Positions 11,891 to 22,339 of a DNA stretch of 64,000 bases are shown here, piece by piece. Each line of letters begins with the position of its first letter. Position 1 is the first letter of the stretch. Below the pieces are notes generated by a model. It was given only the letters and a program-made list of their open reading frames with translations, did not search any database and was not told where the DNA came from. The position numbers were made by a program, and so were the translations under genes. This DNA is from Marsupella aquatica (Eukaryota; Plantae; Marchantiophyta): positions 393,473 to 457,472 of the forward strand of contig OZ316899.1 of assembly GCA_973895155.1 (NCBI GenBank), written 5' to 3'.

Positions 11891-12615
11891 CCAGCCGCGA
11901 GCACTTAACTGGCAAGTTCTCATCCCACCTTGTGTACACACAAGCTTTGACAACTTGTTGTTTAGATTCAAGCGCCAGGGGGCTTTATACACTTCCCAAT
12001 TTGTTTAGAGGCCTATTCTAGGCCAAATCAGATGCTGTTTAAGGGTTTTTGATACTTCTGAGTCCATCTAGACTCACAGATTGAACCAATTTTGCCTTGG
12101 TTCTCATCTACAACATTGGAGTGCCATTGTGAAGCCTATTATGAAGGCTCTTCCTTGAACCTTATGCACATTGTCATATTGATTTGCATTTGCTTTTGTG
12201 TGGAGAGTTGAATGGTATCCATTCTTGTTTCTGGATCCTCTTCACACATGTTTCCTGTTTATGCGCCATGTTAGTTTCATGTGGGCGCTTGATTCCATAG
12301 GAGTGATCCGGGTTTGCAACTAGACATTCTAGTGTGCTGTGTATTTCTCTCTTGGTGATGTTGGAGTGATGCCCAACACACCATGGTGAGTGCTTGTGGT
12401 GCTGACAGGGATAGATTGCCCTTAGGGTTAGCACATAGATTAGGTTAGGGTTGGTCACCACGGATTCTTCTGGTGCTGCTGGATTACCCGATGGACGACG
12501 GACCGGTTTCACTCGGAGTGGGGCACAGTTTCGGCCAGCGGCATTGGTAGCAGTGCAGCTTCAGACAGTGATTCTGATGAGGACTCAGTGACCAGTTCTC
12601 CTCATCATCAGGTGG

Positions 12616-13755
12616 TTGCACCTTTGTTGTGGGATATGGACGAGATGTACGGGGCTACAAAGGGGCCCACGACGATACTTTGGTGCAGTTGGCACAATTG
12701 ATCTGGATGACTTCATCCAGGAGTTTGATACGTGGTGCGATATGCAGACATTGCGTAAGGTCACGTTGTTTACCCCTTTCATGGCATGGAAGGGATTATT
12801 CCAGCATTTGGAGGGGCCACCCATGGATGACTACCATGAGTTTCGGAAGGCTCATTTGGTTGAGATTGAGGCATGGAGGCAGCATTGGTCGCCTAATTAC
12901 GTGTCCATCACCTATGGCACTAGTGCGGCTGCCCAACCCATTGCCACAGCTGTTGCTTCTTCTAGCAGCACTAGCCAGAGTGGCACACCATCCACCACCA
13001 GCACTCCAGCAGCATCCACCACTACTCTTACCGGTGTGATTGTGACAGGAACTGGAGTTGCGCCAACATTTAATCTTGTGGTGGAATTCTTTGAGGTACT
13101 GAAGCAGAACTATCAGGGTGTGAGAACTGATAAGTTGAAGGGTCTTCAAGAGTTCCAACGCAAGACTGGAGAGAGCCTACGTGAGGCATACACACGTATG
13201 CGCAGATTGATCACTGTCACCAAGGGAGTGACAGAGGCTCAGGCAGTCCAGTTTTGGTATGCAATTCTGGATAGAGAATTGCGACGCAGAGTGAGAGATG
13301 TCACTCTGCTTAGGGATGCAGATCCCACATTAGCAGTTGTTTTCACCCTTTCTAAGCGCATTGAGCTCAATATGGTGAATGAGAAGGTGGTGACTTCCGG
13401 ATTTGCCAAGGAAGCACCAAAGGCTGCATCTACATCCACTCCACAGCCTACTGCACAGAAGAGCCAGAGGGAGAAGCCTACTGCACGAGAGTCTACCAGC
13501 CAGAGACCTGTGCCCTCTTATGCTGGACAGCAGTCAGGATGTTGGACCTGTGGTGGGGATCATGCACAGAGATATTGTCCAGATCATAGAGGATCAGGGG
13601 GAGCATCAGCGCCTGATCAGCGATAGTGTGATCATTGTGGAGCTCCTGGACACACCAAGGATAGGTGTTTCTCACTCCACCCTGAGTTACGGAGAGGAGG
13701 ATCCCGTACACATGATCAGGGAAGAGGAGGTAGAGGTGGTGGACGTGATCGTGGC
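12616..13755 (+). CDS. Gag with two zinc knuckles (5' start uncertain; in-frame TAG at 13624-13626)
   Basis: DLDDFIQEFDTWC capsid-like N-terminus, QEFQRKTGESLREAYTRM major-homology-like motif, CWTCGGDHAQRYC, then after the TAG CDHCGAPGHTKDRC in frame with ORF 13756. Confidence 0.85.
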
Positions 13756-14479
13756 ATGCCACATGCAGGGAGACAGGGAGGTGACGCTGCCCCTGCTATA
13801 ACCATAGATCCAAAGGATGCTAAGATTGCTCAATTGGAGCAACAACTAGCTGCCATAGCTAGTTCCCAGGTGAGACCTAATTCTGGTGATGGGGCATCTA
13901 CATCCTATGGACCTTCCACATCCCATGGTCCTTCCACATCTTATGGAGCTGATGGAGACCTTGCCACCATGGGATTCATGTGTGGCACTGCACATATTGA
14001 TGCATCAGCAGCTTTGACACGTGGGGCAGCCAAAGCTCTTGAGCCTCGAGGAGCAGTAGTGGAGTTAGATCCACAAAGGGGGGATGCACGTCGGCAGACA
14101 AAGCTTCCTCAGTCTTTTACATTGTCAGAGACAGTTCAGACTGCCTCTATGAACCCGGTTCGGACAAACCCTGATGTGGGTAAGTTGGCAGAATCAGGTA
14201 GTGATGCAGCAGGGATGACATGTACCTTGCTGGGGGCGGCTACTGCCATAGTACGCACCCCATTATTTTCAGCGACAGACATGCTGAACTTGGGAGTTGG
14301 TCCTACAGAAGTGTTCAGATTGGCAGCTACACTCTGTGAGGACACTCCAGTGGTTGCTTCCCATGCAGAAGCAACTTGCAGTGTTGATGCAGTGAAGACC
14401 ATGCCACCTACTACTACTAGTGAGACATGGCATGCAGCAGCAGCGAGGTTGGTGGATTTACCAGCACGCCCTGCATTTG

Positions 14480-14900
14480 AGAGGACTAGGTTTAAACCTA
14501 GTGTTGTGTCATTGGATAATCGGAGTGGTATCTTCCGATTAGTTGGGCCTTCTGGAGCAGTATACCAGCCAGAGAGAGTGTTACTGGATATTGGTGCTCA
14601 GCCCTTGATGTTGGGGAAGTCTGCCATACGTGGATTGGGATTGCATCCAGAGGATTTGGAGGATTGTCCCTTTCCCATTCAGACTTCATTGGGGGGACCT
14701 ACACCTACACAGCATATCACCAGGAGACCACTTGATTTGAGGATTCAGGAAGGTCATACCACAGATAGCTCACAGATACAGGCGCGAGCTATTCTGACTA
14801 AGGCAGAGTCATATGATGTGTTGGTGGGATGTACAGTGCTCTACCCCATGGGATTTATTCTTGATTTTTGGGAGGAATCAATGTCATATAGACCTGATTG
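14480..14900 (+). CDS. Aspartic protease domain (catalytic motif reads DIG rather than DTG/DSG)
   Basis: RVLLDIGAQPLMLG at 14575-14616 and YDVLVG flap-distal motif. Confidence 0.8.
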
Positions 14901-15294
14901 GCAGTCAGGAGATGCTCGATTGAGCAAATTGCCAGTGAGATTTAGTGGACCTGTGGAAGGCCCTAAATCCACACCATTGTCTTTGGCAACATTCAGTGGT
15001 GTAATTGCTAGACTTGATGATTTGATTGAGGGTAATGCGCATGCAGCCGATGTTCCACCATTGGAGGAGTCTCATGAGGAGCACATCATGCGAGGATTAC
15101 CTGTTGGCAGTGTTGTGCCACCAGTGTGGGGCACTGCACAGGCCTTGCCACAGGCAGCAGCACGATTGGTACATGATGCATGGCGTCATGCTTTTACACC
15201 ACAGTCAGGAGCAGAGCAGTCTCTTGCAGATGGACCTGTGACTCTTTCACCATTGGATACCACTCCTATTGCTTGGCAGTATCCACCGGAGGGT

Positions 15295-16250
15295 ATTTGT
15301 TTGTTGGATCTTTTTGGTGGGATTAGCACTGGATTGGCTGCTGTTCTTCAGGCAGGAATTCCTGTGCGTCGTTATTTGTATGTGGAGACAGATGAGACAA
15401 CACGGAGGGTCTCATTGCGACATGTGGCTATGTTGGTGGATAGATATCCACAGTTGCTGCCAGTGGATGCTGTTCGTGGTTATCAGCATGCACTACCTGC
15501 TGATATTTCATTGTTGGGGGCGGATCATCTACATCGTGTTGGCCCCATTGATTTGGTGATTGCTGGTTGGCCATGTCAGGGCCAATCTAGAGCTGGCGTT
15601 GGGCATGGACTTCATGATCCACGCTTTGCATTGTTTTGGGAGATGTTACGGGTGCTACGTCATCTCCAGCTACATCAGACACAGTCTCCAGCATACATTT
15701 TGGAGAATGTGCCATTGTTAGGTGATGATCGTAGTCGGATTGTTGCCAGTGTTCACCAGGTGAGGTCTTGGATTGGACCTGCTGTGTTATTGGATGTTGC
15801 ACGTGTGGGTTCTCATGCACATCGTCCACGCTTGTGGTGGACTAATTTGATCCCATGTGAGGTGCTGAAGCGTGCATTTGACAACATTCCACGCTCACCA
15901 GCCTTAGTGGTGGATGATATTTTGGATCCAGGGCGTCGTGCACAGGGTGTGACCCAACCTGATAGACCTCCATTGGCAATGGTCAATGCAGTTGGGTGCC
16001 CACGTTGTGCATTACCCACTCTTGTAAGCCACTCTGCTTCATATGCATTCAGAGCAGGTGGCCCTGGACTTGTATGGGACACAGCTCTCCAGCAGTTAGT
16101 GGAGCCTACTGCTGATGAGAGAGAGCGTGCTATGGGATTTTTGACTAGCACCACTGCAGTTGCCTCTGTGTCAGAGGGTTTGCGGCGCCAGGTTCTTGGT
16201 CAAGCAATGGATTTGAATTGTTTGACTTGGATTATCAGCTTGGGAGTAGC
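15295..16250 (+). CDS. C5 cytosine DNA methyltransferase domain (DNMT3-like) inside the Gypsy polyprotein
   Basis: Motif I LDLFGGISTG; IV AGWPCQGQS (catalytic Cys 15574-15576); VI ILENV (15703); VIII HRPRLWWTN (15823); X RQVLGQAMDLNCL; all in canonical order. Confidence 0.93.
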
Positions 16251-16473
16251 TGAACAGTTGCGGATGCGCTCTGCCGGAATTACTGATTATCCCTTGGTGA
16301 GCTTGCGGTCCACTGAGACAGTATTGACCACAACTGGGGGCGAGCAGACAGTCCATGGACCTATGACAGGATTGGCGGCTGGACAGATTGTTGAGCAGGA
16401 AGGGACTGCTCAATCTACTGCTAAATAGCAATCATCGGCTATCTCTTCTACCCTACAAAGAGATATTAGGGAT

Positions 16474-19212
16474 TTGGTGGAGAGTTGGGAACCACAGCTT
16501 GGCCCTAAGTTAACAGGGGAGGAGAGACGTTGCATGCATCGATTCCTGAAGAGTTATTGGAATTGTTTTGCATTCAGCATGAAGGATTTGGGGATATTGA
16601 AGGGCCCTGGTATTCAGATTGAATTGGCTAGTGATGCGCCAATCTTTCGTAGACCATACCGTTATAGTGACATGGAGAGAGCTCTGATTCAAAGCAGAAC
16701 TCAAGATTTGTTGGAGGCTGGATTGGTGGAGATTTCATACGGGGAGTATGCATCTGCCACAGTGATGCCAGCCAAGAAGGATGTGCATGGCAATTACACA
16801 GATAGGCGCATGTGTGGTGATTATAGACCTATTAATCGCCAGACAAAATCTGATCGATATGCCATGCCCACACCTGAGGAGATCTTTGATGTTGTGGGGC
16901 ATGCAAAGGTTTTCAGTTCATTGGATCTGAGGGCAGGATACCATCAGCTTCCAATTAGGCATGCTGACAGGTCCAAGACAGCATTCTGGGGGATTGATTC
17001 TTATGGCAAAGATCGTTTGTATCAATGGTTATTCTTACCATTTGGGTTGAAGAATGCACCAGCTGAGTTCCAGAGAGTCATGGATCGAATCCTTGCAGGT
17101 TTGGATTTTGTCAGATGTTATATTGATGATATTTTGGTCTATTCTTCTACTGTGGAAGAACATCAGCAACACTTGCAGACTGTGTTGGAGAGATTGAGAG
17201 CACATGGGTTGAAGCTCCATCCTAGCAAGTGTAAGTTCTTCCAAGACCAGATTGAGTATTTGGGCCACACCATATACCCAGGGGGATTGGGTGTACAGCA
17301 GACTAAAGTGGAGGCCATTACACAGATTCCTTGTCCTACTGATGTGAGTAGAGTTCGTGCATTCTTGGGATTGGCGAGCTACTACAGGAGGTATGTTAAA
17401 GGATTTAGCCAGCTTGCTAAACCTTTGACCATACTCACTAAGTTGGATCAGGAATGGATTTGGGGTGATGACCAGGAGCATGCCTTTCAGGAGTTGAAGC
17501 AAAGGTTGGCATCATCCCCTATTTTGAGAAGACCCATTTCAGGCAAACCATTTCAGCTACACACTGATTGGAGTGGAGTAGGACTTGGAGCAGTGCTGAC
17601 TCAAAAGGATGATGAGGGGAATGAGTTTGTTGTGGCTTATGCCAGTAGATCAAACAATTCAGCAGAGGCTAAGTATAGCTCTTATGAGGGAGAGTGTTTG
17701 GCAGCAGTGTGGGCTGTTGCACACTTTCGTTGCTACTTGTTTGGTAACCCCTTCACCTTGATCACTGATCATCAGCCTCTTAAGTGGTTAATGGAGTCTG
17801 ACAAGCTTACAGGGAAGCTTGCACGATGGGCATTGTTGTTACAGGAGTATGATTTCCAGGTGGTGCATAGGCCTGGAAAAGTGAACTTGGATGCAAATGG
17901 ATTAAGCCGCAATCCATGTACCAGTCAGCAGGATGAGACTGGAGCCAGATGGCATGATGAGTCAAATAAGGAGATGGTGCCAGGATGGCATGCATCTGCC
18001 TTTCTTTGTTGGGTGCCAGCATACAGTGGATCTGTGGACTCTACCTCATTGGATGGAGTGGATGATGAGTCTTCAGATGTGGATGTTGGTGAAGTAACTT
18101 CTGGACAGCAAGATATTCACAATGATGTGAGAGTGTTGGAATATCTGCGCAATAGTTCTATTGTTGGCAGTGTTGATGCCAAGGAACGTGACAGGGTTCT
18201 ACAGAGAGCCAAGAGGTTTCGATGGGAGGGAAACCATCTTTTGAGAGTACTGCATGATGGTAGGATGTTGGTGGTACCAAAACCATCACAACGAGTACAT
18301 TTGGTGCGACATGCGCACGAGGAGTTGGGTCACTTTGGTGTGAAGCGCACTTACAGCTTGCTGCAGACACAGTATTGGTGGCGTGGTATGCACACTCATG
18401 TCCAGCAGTTGATAGCTAAGTGTGTGGTATGTGACAGAGTGAGAGCATCATTTAATGCTCCCACTCCCCAGTTGCACCCGTTACCGATCATGGGTTTGGG
18501 ATATCGTTGGAGTTTGGATTTTGCTGGTCCATTACCTCTTACCCAACGTCATAATCGGTATGTTTTGGTCATGGTGGAGCACTTCTCCAAGTGGATTGAG
18601 CTAGTGGCGTTGCCAGATAAAGCCAGTGGAGGAGTTGCTGCTACATTTTTGGATCGTGTACTCAGTCATTTTGGAGCACCAGCTGAGGTGTTGACTGATC
18701 AGGGAACTGAGTTCCGTGGAGAGTTTGAGAGTTTGTGTGAACAAGCTCTGATTGATCATCGCACTACCTCTCGTGATCATCCTGAGGTAGATGGATTAGC
18801 TGAGAGAGTTGTGCAAACTGTGAAGAGAGGATTGCGTAAGTATGGCTTGCAGGTTGGTCATCTGGGAGATTGGGATCTCCAGCTACCTTGGTTAGCTATG
18901 GGCTACCGTTTCAGTCGGCAAGCATCACTTGCATCCTTCTCACCCTACTTTTTGCTCTATGGTAGAGAGCCAGATTTGCCAGCAGCTATTCGTCGTCACG
19001 TTGCACCAGTTGTGAACTTGGATGATCCTGATGTTTGGGTCAAGGTGTGTTCAGAGAGAGCACGGGTATTTCAGAGAGTGATGCCCATGGCTTTTGACAA
19101 CCTTGCCATTGCCCAACATCGTGATACTTTGAGGTATGCCACTATTCGTGGAGGAGGTTACCGTGCAAGCATTCGACGATTTTATCCTGGTGATTATGTT
19201 TATTTGCAGTAG
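16474..19212 (+). CDS. Reverse transcriptase - RNase H - integrase (HHCC plus DDE)
   Basis: RMCGDYRPIN, LDLRAGYHQ, LPFGLKNAP, YIDD (17119-17130); RH LHTDWS...YEGECLA...TDHQPL; INT HAHEELGH...CVVC, SLDFAGP, LTDQGTEF, DGLAERVVQ. Confidence 0.97.
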   Translation: MVESWEPQLGPKLTGEERRCMHRFLKSYWNCFAFSMKDLGILKGPGIQIELASDAPIFRRPYRYSDMERALIQSRTQDLLEAGLVEISYGEYASATVMPAKKDVHGNYTDRRMCGDYRPINRQTKSDRYAMPTPEEIFDVVGHAKVFSSLDLRAGYHQLPIRHADRSKTAFWGIDSYGKDRLYQWLFLPFGLKNAPAEFQRVMDRILAGLDFVRCYIDDILVYSSTVEEHQQHLQTVLERLRAHGLKLHPSKCKFFQDQIEYLGHTIYPGGLGVQQTKVEAITQIPCPTDVSRVRAFLGLASYYRRYVKGFSQLAKPLTILTKLDQEWIWGDDQEHAFQELKQRLASSPILRRPISGKPFQLHTDWSGVGLGAVLTQKDDEGNEFVVAYASRSNNSAEAKYSSYEGECLAAVWAVAHFRCYLFGNPFTLITDHQPLKWLMESDKLTGKLARWALLLQEYDFQVVHRPGKVNLDANGLSRNPCTSQQDETGARWHDESNKEMVPGWHASAFLCWVPAYSGSVDSTSLDGVDDESSDVDVGEVTSGQQDIHNDVRVLEYLRNSSIVGSVDAKERDRVLQRAKRFRWEGNHLLRVLHDGRMLVVPKPSQRVHLVRHAHEELGHFGVKRTYSLLQTQYWWRGMHTHVQQLIAKCVVCDRVRASFNAPTPQLHPLPIMGLGYRWSLDFAGPLPLTQRHNRYVLVMVEHFSKWIELVALPDKASGGVAATFLDRVLSHFGAPAEVLTDQGTEFRGEFESLCEQALIDHRTTSRDHPEVDGLAERVVQTVKRGLRKYGLQVGHLGDWDLQLPWLAMGYRFSRQASLASFSPYFLLYGREPDLPAAIRRHVAPVVNLDDPDVWVKVCSERARVFQRVMPMAFDNLAIAQHRDTLRYATIRGGGYRASIRRFYPGDYVYLQ

Positions 19213-19554
19213 ACAGCACCCATGACACTTGATGTGACCGCAGGCCGAACAATCTTACGTGTGCGTGAAGTGTTGCCTTCTGGTGTCCTGATGTTGGAGG
19301 GACGCAATGGTATGGTTTGGAAGGATCATGTGCGCAACTGTGCACCATGTCACCTTCCCAACATTGATGGTACAGTAGATCCAAGCTTGGCACATGTTCG
19401 TGCTGGCTTGAAATGTATGTTGTGTGGATCTGCTCAGGGAGCAGCTACTATGTTGATTTGTGATAAGTGTTCTAGAGGATGGCACATGTCATGTTTGACA
19501 CCACCATTGCAGGTGATTCCTAGTGGATCATGGTTGTGTCCTCAGTGTCGGTGA
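19213..19554 (+). CDS. Integrase C-terminal extension with PHD finger (in frame after TAG 19210-19212)
   Basis: C4HC3 pattern CMLC...CDKC..GWHMSC...WLCPQC at 19414-19551. Confidence 0.92.
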   Translation, partial: TAPMTLDVTAGRTILRVREVLPSGVLMLEGRNGMVWKDHVRNCAPCHLPNIDGTVDPSLAHVRAGLKCMLCGSAQGAATMLICDKCSRGWHMSCLTPPLQVIPSGSWLCPQCR

Positions 19555-19718
19555 AGCCGACTAGTTATCATTTGTGTTCTCTTGGCAGATATGGATTGCA
19601 GGTAGGTGATCGATGGGGCTCACTTGCACCCGGCCTCCTGATCTTCACACCTAAAAAGGTGTATATCAACCTTGTAGAACTCATGGCTAGCTAGAGTTAG
19701 GGGACCTTACTCCCAGCT

Positions 19719-19728
19719 AGGGGGGTGA
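19719..19728 (+). promoter_or_regulatory. Polypurine tract
   Basis: AGGGGGGTGA immediately before repeat B1. Confidence 0.8.
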
Positions 19729-19729
19729 T

Positions 19730-19865
19730 TGTGGGTTTTGGACATGTGTGGACATGAGTTCCACTTGTATTCCATTCTCTTGTATTTGTGATGTGGCAGT
19801 GTGACTATGTCTGGATGTATGTGACAAGCGATGTATGTTGTGTAGCGATATGTATGCGCACGACA
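19730..19865 (+). repeat. Terminal repeat B1 (136 bp)
   Basis: Identical by eye to 20207-20342; absent from the 5' end of the element. Confidence 0.95.
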
Positions 19866-19867
19866 GC

Positions 19868-20205
19868 TGTCACACCATTCTGAGTAGTGTAGTAGTATAT
19901 CGTGCTATTAGAGTATGTACGTTTGGTATGAGTGCTATTGGAGCCGATAAGGTTCTGTCAGGTTTGTGTGAGAGGGTACTTCTCACTTGTGAGGCATTGA
20001 AAGGTCATCTTTCAATGTTGAGCCTTGGAGAGAGAGGAGCTTGAGTGTGGCTATGGTGGCTGTGAGCTCCGCTTGTGTAACGTGGATTCCTTGAGTAGTG
20101 CAAGGTGCGTTGGCTTGACATACGTGTGTGATCGGATCGGTGCGGGATCGATGGGGTATTGTTGACCGAGATCGATGGGGTATTGTGCCGATTGGATGGA
20201 GATTA
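19868..20205 (+). repeat. Terminal repeat A2 (338 bp)
   Basis: Copy of A1 with an 8-nt local duplication. Confidence 0.95.
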
Positions 20206-20206
20206 T

Positions 20207-20342
20207 TGTGGGTTTTGGACATGTGTGGACATGAGTTCCACTTGTATTCCATTCTCTTGTATTTGTGATGTGGCAGTGTGACTATGTCTGGATGTATGTG
20301 ACAAGCGATGTATGTTGTGTAGCGATATGTATGCGCACGACA
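20207..20342 (+). repeat. Terminal repeat B2 (136 bp), right end of the element
   Basis: Ends CACGACA followed by TSD GGGT. Confidence 0.95.
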
Positions 20343-22339
20343 GGGTCTTACTCAGAATTTGTCTCTTATCTATTACTCAACATTTCACTTTGGCAAGGAT
20401 TTTTTTAACAATTTATAATCTCAATCACCACATGCCATACTATTCTGATATTTCCTTTTACAGGTTCCAACCAAATCCAAATGAATTCTCCATTGTCAAA
20501 TGTTAATATTTCCAGCCATCTCTTTTTCAGTATCAATTTCTTAGTTTTGATTCTACTGACATACAACAAATATAAGCTATGCAATCGAATGCTTCATGAA
20601 GTCCTGCCAACAGGCCTTGATTGCATCTTTCATTCCATGAACACATCAATTTCTTTACATGGTTTTTCTTCCATGGGCTTCCATCTACCTCCAGATCTAG
20701 CAATCCGACACTACCTCCTCCTGGGCTGCCTCTCGAGCTTCCTGATCCTGAAAGTTTCCACAACAAAAGACCCTTTCCACTCCTACTTTGCTACCCTATA
20801 TTTCTTCTACAGGCAGGTTTGTCCAACTTCCTCTAACAATTAGCAGTTGTAACTGTCAAACTGCTTATTCAGTTTTTCTAACCGCTTTATTCCACTAAAG
20901 GCACATGTTAATCATTACTTGTCACAGTAACTCTTAACTGTTACTTGCTACTGGATCCTGCATCTCTTAACTGGTTGTCTTTTAGTTAATCGTTCTTCGG
21001 AACGATCAGTCGAAGTTTTGTCCTCGGGTTCGGTGGCTCCAATGTTAAGCGCTTGAATGGCGACCTCCACCGGTTCTACTTGGGTTTCACTGACTCTTGC
21101 CCCTGATCGCCGGTATGTGGGGTGGGTCCTCATTCTCTGGAATCCTAATATCTGTTGAGTTTTCTTGTGGCGGTTCTCTGCAATTCTCACTACCCAACAC
21201 TCATTCATTACACGGTGACAGTCTCTCTCTTGTGTACCAAATTGCTTGTGAAATTCATGGCCAGGCACTCCAAACAATTGACATCCAGCTTCTTCCCACA
21301 CTTGATACACAACTGTATTGATTTGCAGAAAGAAATTGTACATGTGTTGGCCTGATCCAACCGTTCTACAAAAATGATTGGTTCGCTTCCGCATCGACAA
21401 CCCTGCATCCTGGTGTTCTCTGTTCACTCTAGCTCTGCAAGCACTTGGACCTAAAGCGCACATTTTCCCATCTTCCAAGGGAATATCACATCCTTCATAA
21501 ACTAACTCGCTACCATGCATGCCCCAAATTGCTTCAATGGTTACTCCAATCAGGCAGAGGACTCCAGGTTGCTCCATCTCTGTAAAGTTGCCACTATACC
21601 ACAAAAACTGAACCTCAACTAGAAAAATGAAGTTCGTCTAGAGGTTTTTAGGGTTAACCTAGTGAAGGCCCTAAAGTCCTTACTTCTACTTAACTATAAC
21701 TCAATGATTAGCTTAATTGCTACTAATCCTGACTTGCTAAAATTTAACATTTCAAAGACTTGCCACCCCCGGACCAGCTTTGGTCCCTAAACTTCTGGCC
21801 CCCAACCTGGACCCTATCTCGCATACTGGGCGCGCCACCAACTGGCAATGCCCATAACTTTCTCGTTAGGCGTCCGCAAGTGGAGTGCCTTAGCCTGTTG
21901 TGATTGGGCCGACCCAGTGCTCATGCCTAGGCCCTCAGGTCTCATTTCCGCTCAGGGTCCCCAATCGGCCAAACCCGGATCGGGCCATAACTCACGCCCC
22001 AAGCGTCCGTTGCCCATGGCGTCAACTCCATTGGCCATGGGCCCAAGAGGAGCTCACACTCAAGCCCTCAGAACTCAAAGTCCGTCCAAGGGTCCGGATG
22101 GTCAACCTTGAGCCCGACCCCTTTTCCCCTTGACCCGACCACCTCTCAGCTAGCCTAAGTCCTTAGTGTGTGTCACCAGCTTGGCGCTTTGCCTTTGCCA
22201 GTGCCACGTCTCATTGCCCACAAGTATCCCCATGCTAAGTCCTCCCCGGATTGCCTATCAGGGCCTGGACTATAAAGGAGCTTGGCGTAGGAGTCAGTGA
22301 CGCCGGAGCTAAGTGTTAAGGTAGTTGAGTTCCACGACT

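Larger units (their letters stand above)
10770..20342 (+). mobile_element. Full-length Ty3/Gypsy retrotransposon with DNA methyltransferase and PHD finger, split direct repeats A1...B1-A2-B2
   Basis: TG...CA ends, 4-bp TSD GGGT (10766-10769, 20343-20346), one reading frame gag-PR-DNMT-RT-RH-INT-PHD with 3 in-frame TAGs and no frameshift from 12616. Confidence 0.95.
10296..21749. mobile_element. About 1.9-kb unclassified insertion (10296-10769 plus 20347-21749) with TGTTAA...TTAACA termini; host of the DNMT-Gypsy
   Basis: Interrupts copy 2 just downstream of its CATATAT motif; 6-bp inverted termini; possible very decayed RT remnant on the minus strand (HIPFGLQNAP at about 10700-10730); TSD is degenerate. 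Confidence 0.5.
9391..22339 (+). mobile_element. Solo-LTR-like element, AGT...ACT family, copy 2 (own sequence 9391-10295 and about 21750-22339), carrying 11.4 kb of nested insertions
   Basis: Ends AGTGGTGAA / TCCACGACT; TSD CATCT (9386-9390, 22340-22344); the two halves are colinear with uninterrupted copy 3. Confidence 0.85.

Noticed and set aside
11097-11939. 280-aa antisense ORF (and overlapping 155-aa sense ORF) in the Gypsy leader
   Set aside because: Explained by GC-rich tandem and dispersed repeats (SSRQSDLKPH x3); no recognisable domain.
15295-16250. Host DNMT3/DRM gene or bacterial contamination
   Set aside because: Intronless, in frame between retro-protease and RT, inside TSD-bounded repeats that are nested in plant TEs.
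10770-20342. Classification as a DIRS/Ngaro tyrosine-recombinase element because of the split repeats
   Set aside because: Encodes an HHCC-DDE integrase, has TG...CA ends and a 4-bp TSD, and no RHRY recombinase motif was seen.
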